From: Mustelus asterias
Taxonomy: Eukaryota
Assembly (NCBI RefSeq): GCF_964213995.1
Contig: NC_135830.1
Span: 10,974,001-11,038,000 of the forward strand
Reading direction: 5' to 3'
DNA length: 64,000 bases
Shown here: in pieces, positions 36,601 to 48,885 of the stretch
Position numbering within the stretch: the first letter of the stretch is position 1
Layout of the letters: each line of letters begins with the position of its first letter
The notes under the pieces: generated by a model
Seen by the model: only the letters and a program-made list of their open reading frames with translations
Told to the model about the DNA's origin: nothing
Databases searched by the model: none
Translations under genes and position numbers: made by a program

Positions 36601-39600
36601 GGAGAGGATCCAGAAAGCGTGGGCAGCCACTTAAGCATCTCGACACAAGCTTGGCTGAGTGGAGCTGTGTTTGACTGCTTGGTGAGCCACGAGGATCTGC
36701 CGACTCCTTTGAGAAAATCCATCTACAAGGAAACAGGTGAGCGGCGAAACTGAAGCAATAGGTCATGCATTTTGTCTGTTTACGTTGCCAATAAAAGGAG
36801 AAGCTTTCCGATGGACTTGATTGATTTAGTGGACAAATTAGATGTGCCAACTTGTACTTCCTTCCACTGAGCGCTGTGCGACAAAAGGTGATGAATTATA
36901 GGGAAATCAAGATAGGCATATGAAACAGAAAGGAATGACAGGATTTGCTTACAAGATGGAAAGTGGCTGGTGTGAATAATAAATGCCAGCATTGAACAGT
37001 TGGGCCGAATGACATGATAAAAACATACAAACATACAATGCCAGTTTCCAGTTCAACTCTAGAATTTCTCAGGGAGAAGGAATTCACCCGCTCAGCTTGA
37101 AAACAGAACAGTCACCAGAGGGGAATATGGCAATGTTTTGTATTTTGCTGCAAAGCATGTTTCTTTCATCTTTTGTCTCAGGAATTCTCCAGTGTGCTTA
37201 CATCTAATGAACATTTTCTGCAGATCCAAATCCGCTGAAACCGTACGTCTCTGTCCTCCTGCCCTCGGCAGAAGAAGTCTCCGCTCAGAGATTCGTCTCC
37301 CTCAGCTGCTTAGTGAGAGGTTTCTCTCCCAGAGAGATCTTCGTCAAATGGACCGTCGATGACACGCCGCTGAATCCTGAGAACTACAAGAACACCGAGG
37401 TGGTGGCGGAGAATGGCAATCGCTCATTCTTCATGTACAGCCTGTTGTCCATTGCAGCAGAGGAGTGGGACAGCAGCACTTCTTATTCCTGTGTGGTGGG
37501 ACATGAAGCCATCCCTTTGAAGATCATCAACAGAACGGTTAATAAATCCAGCGGTAAATCGTGTTTTGTGAACATTTCCAATTATTCTCAATGAGAAACT
37601 CCATATTGCATTTCCGACGTTAAAAAAATAAAATCATTTTGCTCTACTTGTGTGTTAAAATACATCAGACGAATTACTTTTGTTTCCCATATTTGTCAAG
37701 GGGAGAACTGTTAGGTTAAAGTAGGATAGTTGTCAGACTTATGCCCCAGTCTTAGAGAGCCAGTTCGCCAGATTGAGATACAACACTAAGCGGACACGGC
37801 TGATGGTTAGTAAATCCGTGATTCCACTGAGTAACTTCAGCAACATTCTTCCAGTTGCTGGGAGATGTGAAAAAGTTCAATTTCCGAGAAATAAATGCAT
37901 AAACTTTCAGTACAAATATCTCATTTCTAGTTTTTTGTCAATCCCATCAAAGTATTAAAACTAAAGTGAGAACTAAATAAGAATAGGAACCTGAATTATA
38001 ATCCCAACTGCAGATGTGGGAAATGACAATTTAAACCCACTCTGCATTGACTTCACCAACAGACAGAGAGAGGGAAAAGAACAACTGTTAACTCATTATT
38101 ACTCTGCAGAGAGGAGAAAGGGCAATTCTTAACCAACGATGCACAGACTCGGCAACCGCTTACTACCCTCTGAACTCAGTTACCATTGGCATCAAAATGG
38201 GCTTCCATCTCACTGCCTGAAGATTTAAAACCTGCTTCATGGGAATCATGTGCAACATGCATATGTATGCAGCACAACATAATGCAAACATTTCTGGTTA
38301 CATTTGTCCCTCCTAATCATATGATAAATTGAATTTGAATGACCCAATAATTCACTGGTGATTGGATCCTACCAGTTGCTTCTGTTTTTCCACTTACATT
38401 CCGAGGGCTGCTGACTGAACTGTTAATTTCATTCGGCTAAAATCACATTACAGCCCGCATTGAAATATATCTATGACCAGAAAAAGGCAAGTATTGCAGT
38501 AACACAAACCGACAGGGCCACCTTGAGTTCATAGTGCTCGCCTAAACTTGCAGGAATAATAGAAATGCTCACATACTGACACAGGCATACAAACAGACAG
38601 ATACACCGACAAATACATCTCCACAAACACACTCAGACTCAGGAGCAAACACAGCCGATAATATTAATAACCCATCCCCTCTCATGAATTCAAACACATT
38701 CATGTTAAAACTGTTATATAAAGTGACACAGACATGGACATACATGCACGTACATCAAGAAATGCGGGCATTCGTAAATACAAGCCAGCATGTATTAATA
38801 CATTCACAGGCCCAAACAGAGACACAAACATGAGCATGCTCGCAGATACAAGAAAACAAACACAAGTAAAGATACCTCCTAGCACACCGAGATACATTAA
38901 CATTCACCAACACGTACATATAGACATTCATGTACATAGAATATCAAGCGCACACATGAAGACAGAAACATTAAGATGCTCACTTACACAGCGATACACA
39001 AATTGTTCCATAACCATAAGCACTAACACATGATCATATCAGCCCACCTCATTAGGTACATTAATACAGAAGCATAGACATTGATACATAAACGCACCCG
39101 ATAAACACTCACTTGCTAACAATGATAAGCACACATAAAAACTGACACATTAGCACACACGTGCATGCATAGCGATTAATAACTACAAAATACACTTATT
39201 AATGAAGGCAAATAAATGCACATAATATACCTAATTTTCAGATAAACATGTACATTATCTTTCATACTCCCGTATGTTAGAACAGAACTTGAGCATCACT
39301 GAACAAAGAGATATGTCACAGACATCTTGCGCTCAGCAGGACATTCACACGACCACCAAACATATATCAATTAATGATAGTGGTGAGTGTGGCGCACCTA
39401 ACGCCATAAAGTTGCATACATTGAAACTCAGAGCCCTATTCTATTGAGACAGAAAGAACATGTACACGCGTTGTGTCTTTCCTCTGAACAAAATAGGCGA
39501 CAGCCGTGCTCAGGTTCATTTCTCAGAGTCAAGCTGCCTGGTTTGAATTTAAACAAAACATGGTAGTTAACATTGAGTCAACATTTAGCTACTACATTCA

Positions 39601-41492
39601 CCTTGGAAAATCTCTACCCATCGGAGTCCATTTGCCAACCAATCAACACTCTCTTCTTGTTAAAAATAACTTGTAATCCCCTTCACATTTTGTAGTCCTA
39701 CGATTGCAAACACTAAAGCCCAAGCAGTCAGGAACGTCAGGCAAGAGGTGGCATTTAATTCAAAGTGTATTTTTAATGGGCACATTCTGTAAAACCTGAT
39801 TCTAATACATGTTGGTCTGTCAAAGACGGAACCATGTTCTCCTTCAGAAACCTAGATAAGTTAATAATTTGCCCAACACAAACGAACCAAAAATATAACT
39901 CATCTGATCATCATGGATAATATTTCACAGTAGTAACCTGAATTTTTCTCAAAAATTGTAAATCGTAAGAACATAAGACTTTCTTTCAGGACTAGACCAT
40001 AGACGCAATGTGCAATTCTTCAGCATTCAATAGAATAATGTCGGATATTGGGTCTCACTGCAATTTCCCATCCATTCCTCATATCCTTTGATTTCTTGAA
40101 AAAAATCAAAGATACATCTACCCTACCCCAACCAACGAATGTGAAGAATTCCCAAGATTCAAAACCACGTTTGAAAGAAAGTCTCCTCATCAGTCCCAAA
40201 CGACGCTCACACATCAAAAGACTGCACCCCCGTTTTTTGTTTTGCATTCGCCGACCAGCAGAAACAGTGACTGCCCTGTCAAACCCCTTCCGATTATTTG
40301 GTGTTTCAACGAGGGTTTTCTCACATTCTTCAACATTCGAGAGAATGTAGACCTAATTTATTCAACTCAGCTCAGTTAACTTCCCTCGCTTAGTCTTCAG
40401 AATATATTTGCTGATAGTCGGTACAAAATTAAAGCAGACTAAAAGAGCGTCTGACAATGAAGATAATGCATAATATTTTCGAACATAGAACATGAAATAA
40501 ACTCGGAGGTGCAGTTAGTAACATAGATATATTGCTGAGAATGATCAGTTAACGACAGATATATATTTTAAGTTGCATTAACTGATTAGATTATTAACAA
40601 ACAAACTTTAAAGATGACATTATAGAGCAAAATAATACCTGAACGAATATAAAAGTGAGAAAATCAATTTAAAAACGAAGGTAAAAGATAATACCAGTAT
40701 GACATCATGCATTAACAAATCAGTTAACGGTCTCCTCCTCGCCAACTCCACAGATTCCACGAACACAAGCTGGATTGAAGACAATGTGGATTATAACGGC
40801 AACATCTGGACAACCGCTTCCACATTCATCGTCCTGTTCTTCCTGAGCATGTCCTACAGCGCTGCAGTCACTCTGATGAAGGTGAGATGACCAATCTACT
40901 CACATTTCAAACTGAGAGAAAAATGGCGAAATGTTTTATTGATTAAAAACTCTAAATGTCTCAGATCATTAACATTTGCTTCAATATGTTATCTCTCTTT
41001 TACAGATCAAGTGATCGGTTGAATCTTTGGCCGCTGTTGATTTCCCTGAGCTGATTATTAAGATCTCTGTATAGCACCAATTCAAAGAGATAATTCAGCC
41101 CATTGAGTCTGCTCCGATTTACCAATAGAGCATTTACCCATCCCGATCCCCGTATTTAATTCCCCTAACCTGCACTAACCATGTCCAATCCACTTAATCT
41201 GCACACCCTTGGACTATGCGAGGAAACCCATGCAGTCACGGGGAAAACGTGCAAATTCCACACAGACAGGCACCCGAGCCTGGAATTGAACCCGAGTCCC
41301 TTGGTGCAGTGAAGCAGCAGTGCTAACGGCTGTGCCACCGTGCCGCCTTGATGATTCAATCTATTCACATTTCTAACTGACGGAAGCGGTTTGAAACATC
41401 TCCACAAGTCTTAATTGATAAACAACCTTTAGCTAAATGCTTCAAACACATGAAAAGTTTGCTCTTTTTTTCCTATTTTACAGGTCAAGTGA
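24625..41492 (+). CDS. IGHM: Immunoglobulin mu heavy-chain gene, germline-joined VDJ. Secreted form join(24625..24670,24797..25303,31313..31612,32796..33107,36428..36736,37224..37594); membrane form uses the 37553 donor, 40754..40881 and TM2
   Basis: All exons are open with GT/AG sites and compatible phase-1 junctions; sequences closely resemble shark IgM; the V carries a 51-codon in-frame insertion, so function is uncertain. Confidence 0.9.
24797..25303 (+). CDS. IGHV: Joined VH-D-JH exon with inverted insertion
   Basis: [19 protein letters not shown]-[51 aa insert]-[65 protein letters not shown], then GTAAGC; no RSS between V and J. Confidence 0.95.
24850..25004 (-). repeat. Perfect 155-bp inverted duplicate of 24544-24698
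   Basis: Base-by-base reverse complement, no mismatch found. Confidence 0.97.
26250..27066. mobile_element. Penelope-like fragment with long inverted terminal repeats in the J-C intron
   Basis: About 320-bp arms (about 26283-26610 vs about 26745-27066) around a minus-strand GIY-YIG C-terminal remnant homologous to 18900-19030. Confidence 0.8.
27955..28690 (-). mobile_element. CR1 LINE 3' fragment
   Basis: ORF 28213-28527: [40 protein letters not shown]. Confidence 0.9.
29825..30160 (+). mobile_element. tRNA-derived SINE (SacSINE/DeuSINE-like)
   Basis: Same family as 60178-60510. Confidence 0.7.
30160..31260 (-). mobile_element. Degenerate CR1 LINE ORF2 fragment
   Basis: ORF pieces [36 protein letters not shown] resemble the CR1 endonuclease/linker. 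Confidence 0.8.
31313..31612 (+). CDS. IGHM: IgM CH1 exon
   Basis: [58 protein letters not shown]; 300 nt, AG/GT flanked. Confidence 0.95.
31820..32130 (+). repeat. Degenerate approx. 37-38-bp tandem repeat (about 8-9 units) in the CH1-CH2 intron
   Basis: Recurring GTGTACAGTTC..CTGCAGATCAC..CAGTGC.TT units. Confidence 0.8.
32796..33107 (+). CDS. IGHM: IgM CH2 exon
   Basis: [50 protein letters not shown]; 312 nt. Confidence 0.95.
34890..35950 (-). mobile_element. Old degenerate CR1 LINE fragment
   Basis: Reverse-complement similarity to CR1 RT and 3' end (e.g. tgtacacaatgctccagatgtggtctcac). Confidence 0.65.
36428..36736 (+). CDS. IGHM: IgM CH3 exon
   Basis: [58 protein letters not shown]; 309 nt. 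Confidence 0.95.
37224..37594 (+). CDS. IGHM: IgM CH4 exon plus shortened secretory tail
   Basis: [60 protein letters not shown]|[13 protein letters not shown]; internal donor G|GTAAAT after 37553; AATAAA at 37627. Confidence 0.95.
40754..40881 (+). CDS. IGHM: IgM transmembrane exon TM1
   Basis: [42 protein letters not shown] with the conserved antigen-receptor TM motif; CAG acceptor, GTGAGA donor. Confidence 0.95.
41006..41014 (+). CDS. IGHM: TM2 exon candidate A (IK*)
   Basis: Polypyrimidine tract + TACAG|ATCAAGTGA. Confidence 0.6.
   Translation: MK
41070..41348 (-). mobile_element. HE1-like SINE
   Basis: Reverse complement of the GGCGGCACGGTGGCACAG.. head and core. Confidence 0.85.
41484..41492 (+). 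CDS. IGHM: TM2 exon candidate B (VK*)
   Basis: Polypyrimidine tract + TACAG|GTCAAGTGA gives the canonical KVK tail; AATAAA at 41821. Confidence 0.75.
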   Translation, partial: VK

Positions 41493-42983
41493 TTTATTGG
41501 ATTTCGGACAAATTTTCTCCATCTGTTTATCCATATAGCAGTGCTGTGGAAATATATTGTGTTATTTTAGTGATTTAGATAGACTTCAGTTAAGGGATAG
41601 CAACGTAAACTGTATTTCATTTTCTGTTTTACCTGATTGAGAAAATCGTGGCATACATATAATTGAATCTTGGAGATTCAATGTTGTTCGAATTAATCTG
41701 CAGTTTAGTAGTTATTTCTTATTGATATTTGTTCACTGCCTTTTATGTAGATATTATTTTTTTCCCTATGTTTCGTCGATATTTTGTTCAGTTGACGTAC
41801 ATAACTGGAGTCAACTTTAAAATAAACCTTTCTGTAAAATGTTGTGTAATTGTTAATAAAGATTGAGGGTATAAATGGAGTAACATTGATAACTGCCGAG
41901 ATTCGCGGTTTTCTCATATCGCTCTATTTTCCATGTCAAATTTCCCTTTCCCACTGTGTCGCTTTTAACTGACAGGGTTTCTCACGAATCCTGTTTCGAT
42001 TTTGAGCGAACCCTGGATACTTCAGTGAAGTATTCGCTGCGCCACCCAGTGTCCCATCAGTGAAAATGCACCTCCACCTCTGTCTCTTCATTCAAATTCG
42101 CAGAAGCAGATTGACGACAAGGTCAGCAGGAACACCTGAAGGTGCCTGGTTTGAATTTAAACAAAACTTTGCAGTTAACTGTCAGTCAACATTTAGCTGG
42201 TACATTCTCCATGGAACATCTCTAATAATCAGAGCCCACTTTCCAACCAATCTGCATTCTCTTCTCACGAATTAAAAATTGGTATTTCCATTACATTTGG
42301 TATTCATATGATTGTGGTGACAAAACATAGCTCTTCAACATTTTTTCCCGTACATTTCTATTGACACATGAGCACGTAACACACTCTCACAATCATGGAC
42401 ACATAAACAAAGAACGAAGCAGATCGAAATATGCTCATACGCACATATTCCAACGATAAAGCACGAACCATAACATCTGGCAAAGGGTTAAATTAAAATT
42501 AAAACAGAAATTTATGATGGGCGCATTCAGCACCACATGACCCAGATATATCCTGGTTTTTCAAAGGCTGAATCCATGTTGTTCTTTCGAAACTGGGAGC
42601 TAAGTTAATGAATTGATGGTCAGAAATAAACAATGCATATAACACGGCTGATCTATGACCTATCAATAAATATTGAATTACAAATTAAGCAGCTTGGAAT
42701 TTGTTGAATTGCTGCTTAAATTGCTACCTTACCACCCCCCCCCCCCCCCTCCTATGTACGAGGTCAAATGTCCCGTCATGCCACGCCACCCACTTTTACT
42801 GACAGGATTTCCACCAGTCCTGTTTGGGTGTTGAATGAACCCAAGGCCCTTCAATAAAGGAGCTGCTGCACCATCCAGTATCCCAATAATGGAAAATAAT
42901 CTCTACCTCTATCTTTTGAACAACATAATTCAGAAACTTGAGAATTCAAATATTTTGCCAGGAATGGACATTTCCATAGATCT

Positions 42984-42998
42984 CCACCAGATGGCGCT
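42984..42998 (+). promoter_or_regulatory. Candidate CTCF site between the IgM cluster and TCR V segments
   Basis: CCACCAGATGGCGCT, near-consensus CTCF core. Confidence 0.6.
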
Positions 42999-43912
42999 GC
43001 CTCACCATGTTTGTGTGTTTACCGCAGCGGGTTCAGCTGCTGGTCTTGTATTCCAGAGGGACAAGCGGCTCTCGGAAATCACCCTTTGCTAATCACGTGT
43101 TATGTTATATTATGGTAGGTGAATTGGCCATGCTAAATTCTCCCTCAGTGTAACCGAGCAGGCGCCGGAATGTGGCGACTTGGGGATTTTCACAGTAACT
43201 TCGTTGCAGCGTTAATGTAAGCCTACTTGTGACACTAATAAATAAACATAAATGAAATCAATCACTAAAGTTATTTTTATTTCTGCTTCTGGAATTCCTG
43301 ATTGCATTTCGGACGTTGCTTTTCACAGTGCCCCGTTGTTGGATTTGAAATACCGCTCATAGAGACGATGAAGGTATGAAAGCTAATTGGCACATATCCG
43401 ACATACTCTTTGATTTAAAGGTAACTGCTTCAATTTCAATGTCGTGTCTCAATTGATGTTATTATATTTCATCGACTATAGATTCTGCCATTAAATAATC
43501 ACCTATTTTTTGGTGAATTCATTAGAGCGGGAAATTGGGAGAAATTGTATTCTGAATTCTTAGGGAAATCGGGAGAAATAGAGAGCGCGAGAGAGAGGGT
43601 CAGGGACAGGAAGGAGGGGTTCAACGCACAGAGAAACCGCAAAATAGAGAAACAGATGAAGAAAAAAAAAAGACGCTGATAAAAAAACAAGGAGAATCCG
43701 AAAGGAACAAATCGCTACAGAGTTAACGCTGATTGGCGCCCACCTATCACTAGTTCTGAGAAAGCATCCAATCCTCTCCTCGGGAAACGCCCCTTCAAGT
43801 TCTGCGGATGTGAAGCCTGTTCCTGATTGGAGTTTACTCTTTTTGCCTCAGGCTGGAACGGCTGCGGATTTCAACTATTATGTTAATGTATTCGGACTGC
43901 AATCCAGACACC

Positions 43913-44375
43913 ATGAGTTCCCTAGCTTCCATTCTGATAATAATTGTCTTTCTGACCGGTAAGTCATTACTTAAATGGGCAGTGTGTGTTTCCTGTAATA
44001 TCTTCACTCCCAATTATTTGATACATTCTGTGCTTTGTTGCAGGAACAAATGGTGAAGATTCGGTGTTCCAGAATCAATCTGAATCATCGGCACTGGAAG
44101 GACAGGGCGTAATATTGGACTGTAAATACTCGACAACTGTTCTCTTCTGGTACATCCAGCATCACGGGAAGGCTCCGAGATATTTGATAAAGATATACAG
44201 CTGGGGGGATATCAAAACACCTCGAGATTCCCCAGACAGGTTATCGGCTGCTTTTCACAAAGGAAACAACACAGCCCCCTTAAATATCGCTGGAACTCTT
44301 CCCTCCGACAGCGCCGTGATTTTTTGTGCCATGAAGCTACTGCTGCAGAGATGTCGCGGATGCCGTACAAAAACC
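43913..44375 (+). pseudogene. TRAV: TCR alpha/delta V segment 1 (leader 43913-43958, V exon 44044-about 44337): open frame, RSS heptamer destroyed
   Basis: MSSLASILIIIVFLT|GTNGEDSVFQ..LDCKYSTTVLFWYIQHHGKAPRYL..SDSAVIFCAMK; nonamer ACAAAAACC at 44367; heptamer CAC deleted relative to V2; short CDR1. Confidence 0.85.
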
Positions 44376-46978
44376 CCAGACTGGGAGTTCAAGTTAGCGA
44401 TCAGCAGAGTGCGCTCTCACACTGATAATCTGAAACATTAACTGTGAGCGTCACAATGACATTTTATAATTTCAAGTCAAGGCTCAACAAGGAGCTGAGA
44501 GTCACGTAATTAATTAAACTAGTTGATTCAACTCACATCTATGTGAAAAAGGTCTCAAATTAAAGTGTGATTCCCCAATTTATATTTTGTTTTTTAAAGT
44601 TTTTCCCAATGTCTGAATTATTGTATAGTTCCTTCCCCATCACTCCTTCAGTTTCTCAGTCCAGTTGATCACAGCGGTGCAGAGAGTCTATTTGATAAGA
44701 ATGTTGTGTTTGCTCGCAGACAATTATTTTTAAAATGAACCAATGGTCTTTGTCGTTTGGAGCATCATTTTTCAGCTTTAATGTTTTCTGACATCTTTCT
44801 CAGTCCAGAGTTTCTGTCTTATAATAACACAAAAACACCGGAACACCTTCCCCTTATAAGGACATTAGTTATGTTTTTCCACTCACTCACACTCATCTCA
44901 CCACACAGGGAAATGTGAATAAACGTGTTTCACATTTTCTTTCAGTGCCCAAGCATAGATTGAATCAGAAAATTAAATTCCTCACGGTCTTACTTTTTAC
45001 AACCACAGAACTTCGGTCACTGTCTGTCCTCCGATGTTAAGGCAGGAGTCAAGGCTGAGACTGAACGCATGATACTGCAATGAAGTTTCATTGTTTATTC
45101 TGGTACCCGGGTGCACAGGCGTTGATTATGTGGAAAAGCTCAGTGGTTAAATTAATATAAGGAAGATTTTGCTAAATCATGCCTCCCAGTTGTATCAATC
45201 TACCAGTTTAGCTTCCTTTTCGGCTTCTCATTGATTGTTTATTCCTTTAAAACCAGGGTTTGATGTTGCGGTCAACTCAGGGAAAGGGGTTATTGACATA
45301 GTAAACCCAGACTCTGTTCAGCTCATCTTCACCCACACAACGCAGGCCCATTGTGACCTCACTCAGACTACTATCCCCATTGGCTTTAGCTTTGGTCTCA
45401 CGGGACTTTGCGATGGCCAGGCTCGATCGTGGAGACGTCCCCTGGTGGATTCAGTACAGTTTGGTTAAAAATGGGACTTTTGAGTGGATTTCTGATGTAT
45501 TAGGTTACATATCAAAGCAGAAATGTCAGACAATGTCTTCCAGTGATTTAAATTGGAGCTAATTATACGCTGTCCTCGTTGTTTTTCCTGTTAAGCCAGA
45601 AAGTCGTACAAACCCGCATACATCATCGTTTAACGAAACCAAGGGCTCTGTGTGCAATCTTGGGGAAGACGATTAGAGCGAGGGTAATGACATTGGAAAA
45701 AGTGCGGAGGCACCACACCAGAATAATGACAGGGTTGAGGGATAGCGATACAAATGGATTAAGCAAACTGAAATTGTTCCTCTTATACATTCTTCTGGAG
45801 TTCTCTGCAAAGAGGCAGGTCCTACCCAAAGCGTGATGAACTGCACAGCGCAAAGGACAAGCAGGCAGGTTTGAAATACACCACAGCCCGAATTGGAATA
45901 GGGCTCTGTGCTCCTGCAACAACCTGTCCTCTGTTCAAACCATTCCAGCGGAGCAGTCCGAGTTGCCGCGGCAAATTTGACTTTTTCATCCATGTTATTG
46001 TCTGGAGTTATGGAAAGTAATGGCTGAGGCTCCAATAAATATCCTTGGCTATCAGGTACAGGCTTTGGAATTCAAGCCGAAGTTTCTGCCTCAGAGGCAC
46101 AGACGCTAGCCACTGTGACACAGGAGTTCATCTCCGAATATCAAAGGAGGTAAATGAGAGACTGAACTGAGGTGCTCAACATCATGTGGTTTTGTTAAAG
46201 TAGATCGCATGCGACAGTTTTCGCGGGCAGAACATCGGAAAGCACAAGCGCCTACATTAGGAAGGGGAGAGGGCAATGTAAAGTTTAGATTAATTGATTA
46301 CTCTGGATTTGCTAAACTTGGAAGATGGTCATAGAAGTCACAAGGTGGTCATAAAAGTTATAGGATCCCTACAGTGCAGAAGGAGGCGATTCGGCCCATC
46401 ACGTCTGCACCGATTCTTACCCAGGCCCTAACCATGCGGTGCCTAAAGAGATGGCGGAAGAAGAGATAACAGTAAATTTCAGAAGGGAAAGAGAGATAAG
46501 TTGAAATCAGAAAAATGCCCGTCACTGTGAGAGATGCGTGGTTTGAAAGATGAATTGAAGAATTATGTCAATTCTGAATTCTGTCAGGCAAAGATACCAT
46601 GGGCCGAGTGGCCTCATCTCATGCACTGATATTTTGTTCATGTCCCTGGCCCAGTTATGCCCCTCCCTCTATCTTTCTTCTCAACCACTTGAACAGTGAG
46701 CAGGTGCAGAATGGAGAAAGATTCCGGAGATGGAAGTCTCGCTATTTCCATTTCGGGTGCAGTTGAAGCTGCCGCATACTTCACGCAATATTTTGTCTAC
46801 TGCATCCCCGCCCACGACGTCCGTTTTCTGCGCTCACTCTGAGCCTATTGTGTGATTGGACAGACTGCTGCCGCTGCTCCATTCCTCTCACTGGTTGGAT
46901 CAGCAGTGCAGTGGGACAGTGTATTTCTGTCTCTGACAGGATTTCTCTCACTGCAGAGTTAGAGACTCAGGAAGCATC

Positions 46979-47517
46979 ATGGTGAACTAACTCACTCCGA
47001 ACCTCATCATTATCTCACTTCTCAGTCGGTATTTTCTTCCCAGTAAAACTACATGCTCCTCCTGACTGCTGTAACCCAAATATTTTTGTTGATTAAAAAA
47101 AATAGTGATGATGATAATTGTATCGTTTAATCTGAGGCTAACTCTGATTGTCATATTGCTGTTGTTTCTGTTAGAATGGAGCCACCAAGGCAAAGTGGAA
47201 CAATTGGATCCTATTATCAAGGTTAAAGAGGAAAATGATGTCACACTAACCTGCGCTTGAAAACAAGCGATTACAGCCGTTATGTGTACTGGTAGAGTCA
47301 GCAGCCCGGGAAAGCTCCAGTGTACATGTTTCAGCTTATTGGAGAGAATGTGCAAAGGAACACCGAACTCAATGATAGGTTTTCTTCCGAATTTCATAAC
47401 ACGAACAAGACTAGCGAGCTAACGATCAGTAAAACACTGATTTCCGACCGCGCCGGGTACTTCTGTGCCATGAAGCCCACACTGCTGCAGAGATATAGCG
47501 AATGCCGTACAAAAACC
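46979..47517 (+). pseudogene. TRAV: TCR alpha/delta V segment 2, pseudogene
   Basis: Leader disrupted; exon from 47175 KVEQ..VTLTCA*, frameshift, YVYW*SQQPGKAPVYM..RFSS..YFCAMK; RSS CACACTG-24 bp-ACAAAAACC (47478-47517). Confidence 0.88.
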
Positions 47518-47550
47518 CCACACTGGCAGTTCCAGTTAGTGCCCAGAAGG

Positions 47551-47561
47551 GTGCGCGCGCG

Positions 47562-47596
<35 letters not shown>
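47551..47596. repeat. (GC)n(CA)n microsatellite
   Basis: gtgcgcgcgcgcacgcacacacaca... Confidence 0.95.
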
Positions 47597-47598
<2 letters not shown>

Positions 47599-48269
47599 GT
47601 AATTCAGTTTCCACAGTGAGAGTGACGGAGATTCTTAACATTGCAACAAAAGGCGAGACTCAAAAACAGCAACTGGTGTGGTCCAGTTGCAGTTACATTA
47701 GTTGATGGTCGGAACTTACATTTGCATTTGAAATAAGATTGACAAATCGATCTGAGATACTTCAGCACCTTTTGTTTTCGTTTTCGATGCCCTTCTCTGC
47801 CTATTTGTTCCAGACTGTCCTTGTCTGCTGATTTATGGAAATTGTGCACATTTCCTTTCCCAGTCTTTAACGTAAACATGAAAGCTTTCTCTGTTACCTT
47901 GTACATTAATTCAGAACCTCGTCAATCTGGCTGCTCAGCTATTCGGTCCCATTTTCCATCCACATCACTGATGAGGATTTGGCTTTGTATTGAATCACTT
48001 ACTAACCCGATACTCCTGGTGCAAGAATCCTGGTCCGCAGTATGGAATGGACATTCAGCTGCCTCTCATATAGAGAGGCAAAGTTATCGTATTCCCAATT
48101 TGACATTGTTATTGAGTTCAGCTCCTTGCAGATAAATCCTAGCTGTACCATACTGCCTATGGTAGCCCCACTCAGTTTTCCTGTGCTGTTCGCACTCTGA
48201 CCCGTCTCTCCTGTGCTGTTTTCTTGGAGATTTCATTGGAGATATTGATCTTTGCTACTTTTCTCTGTT

Positions 48270-48622
48270 TGGCACTGATTGGATCAGCAGTCCAATGGGG
48301 AGGTACGCTATGTTTCCACTCTGAAAGAGGATTTCACAGACTGCAAAATTACAAATTGAGGGAACATCATATTGAATTATCTCAGACCATTCATTGGTCT
48401 GTTACTTCTTATGAGCTAGACGTTTTAACAAAAAAAAACATCCCCCCGCCCCCCCCCCCCCCCCCCCCCCCGCACTGCAGCTGCTATCCCAAACATGATT
48501 AATAACAAACTGCTTGTTATGTTGCTCTGAGGATGGATATTGTCATTCTCCATGTCAGAACAGAGCCATCAGGACTCAGGGGACCGGTCGGTTCCTGAAA
48601 TTACGGTTGAAGAGGAAAGTCA
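48270..48622 (+). pseudogene. Truncated V remnant (promoter, leader and 5' V exon; paralogous to V2)
   Basis: Colinear similarity to 46890-47240 (ttggatcagcagt..gaggattt..actgca..gagcca.ca..ggtt.aagaggaaa); ends abruptly. Confidence 0.6.
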
Positions 48623-48885
48623 TCCCCTGTCGTGGGATGACCAAATTCACTTTGTTCCTTTCGTCCCTCCGCCAATAGAATGAATTGCAGATAAATGAAC
48701 TGTGAGGTCATTGGTTGAACTGAAGAACATCGGAGATTGAAGCCGATTGGATGTCATCTGATGACGTTTTCAACAGTAAACCAATCAACAGGGAGACGGA
48801 TATGACTCAACCTTTTCCCAACTCTTGACCGAAACAAATTCAGCTTCAACCCGTTTTGGTCAAGTTCGCCGCGAGCTCTGCAAAC

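Noticed and set aside
38500-39300. ORFs in an AC-rich intronic stretch
   Set aside because: Low-complexity sequence, no domain similarity
31313-40881. IgW or IgNAR isotype; direct equivalence to the three-domain IgM1gj
   Set aside because: Four C exons with IgM-specific motifs, and CH2 is present and intact; orthology to IgM1gj cannot be judged without alignment
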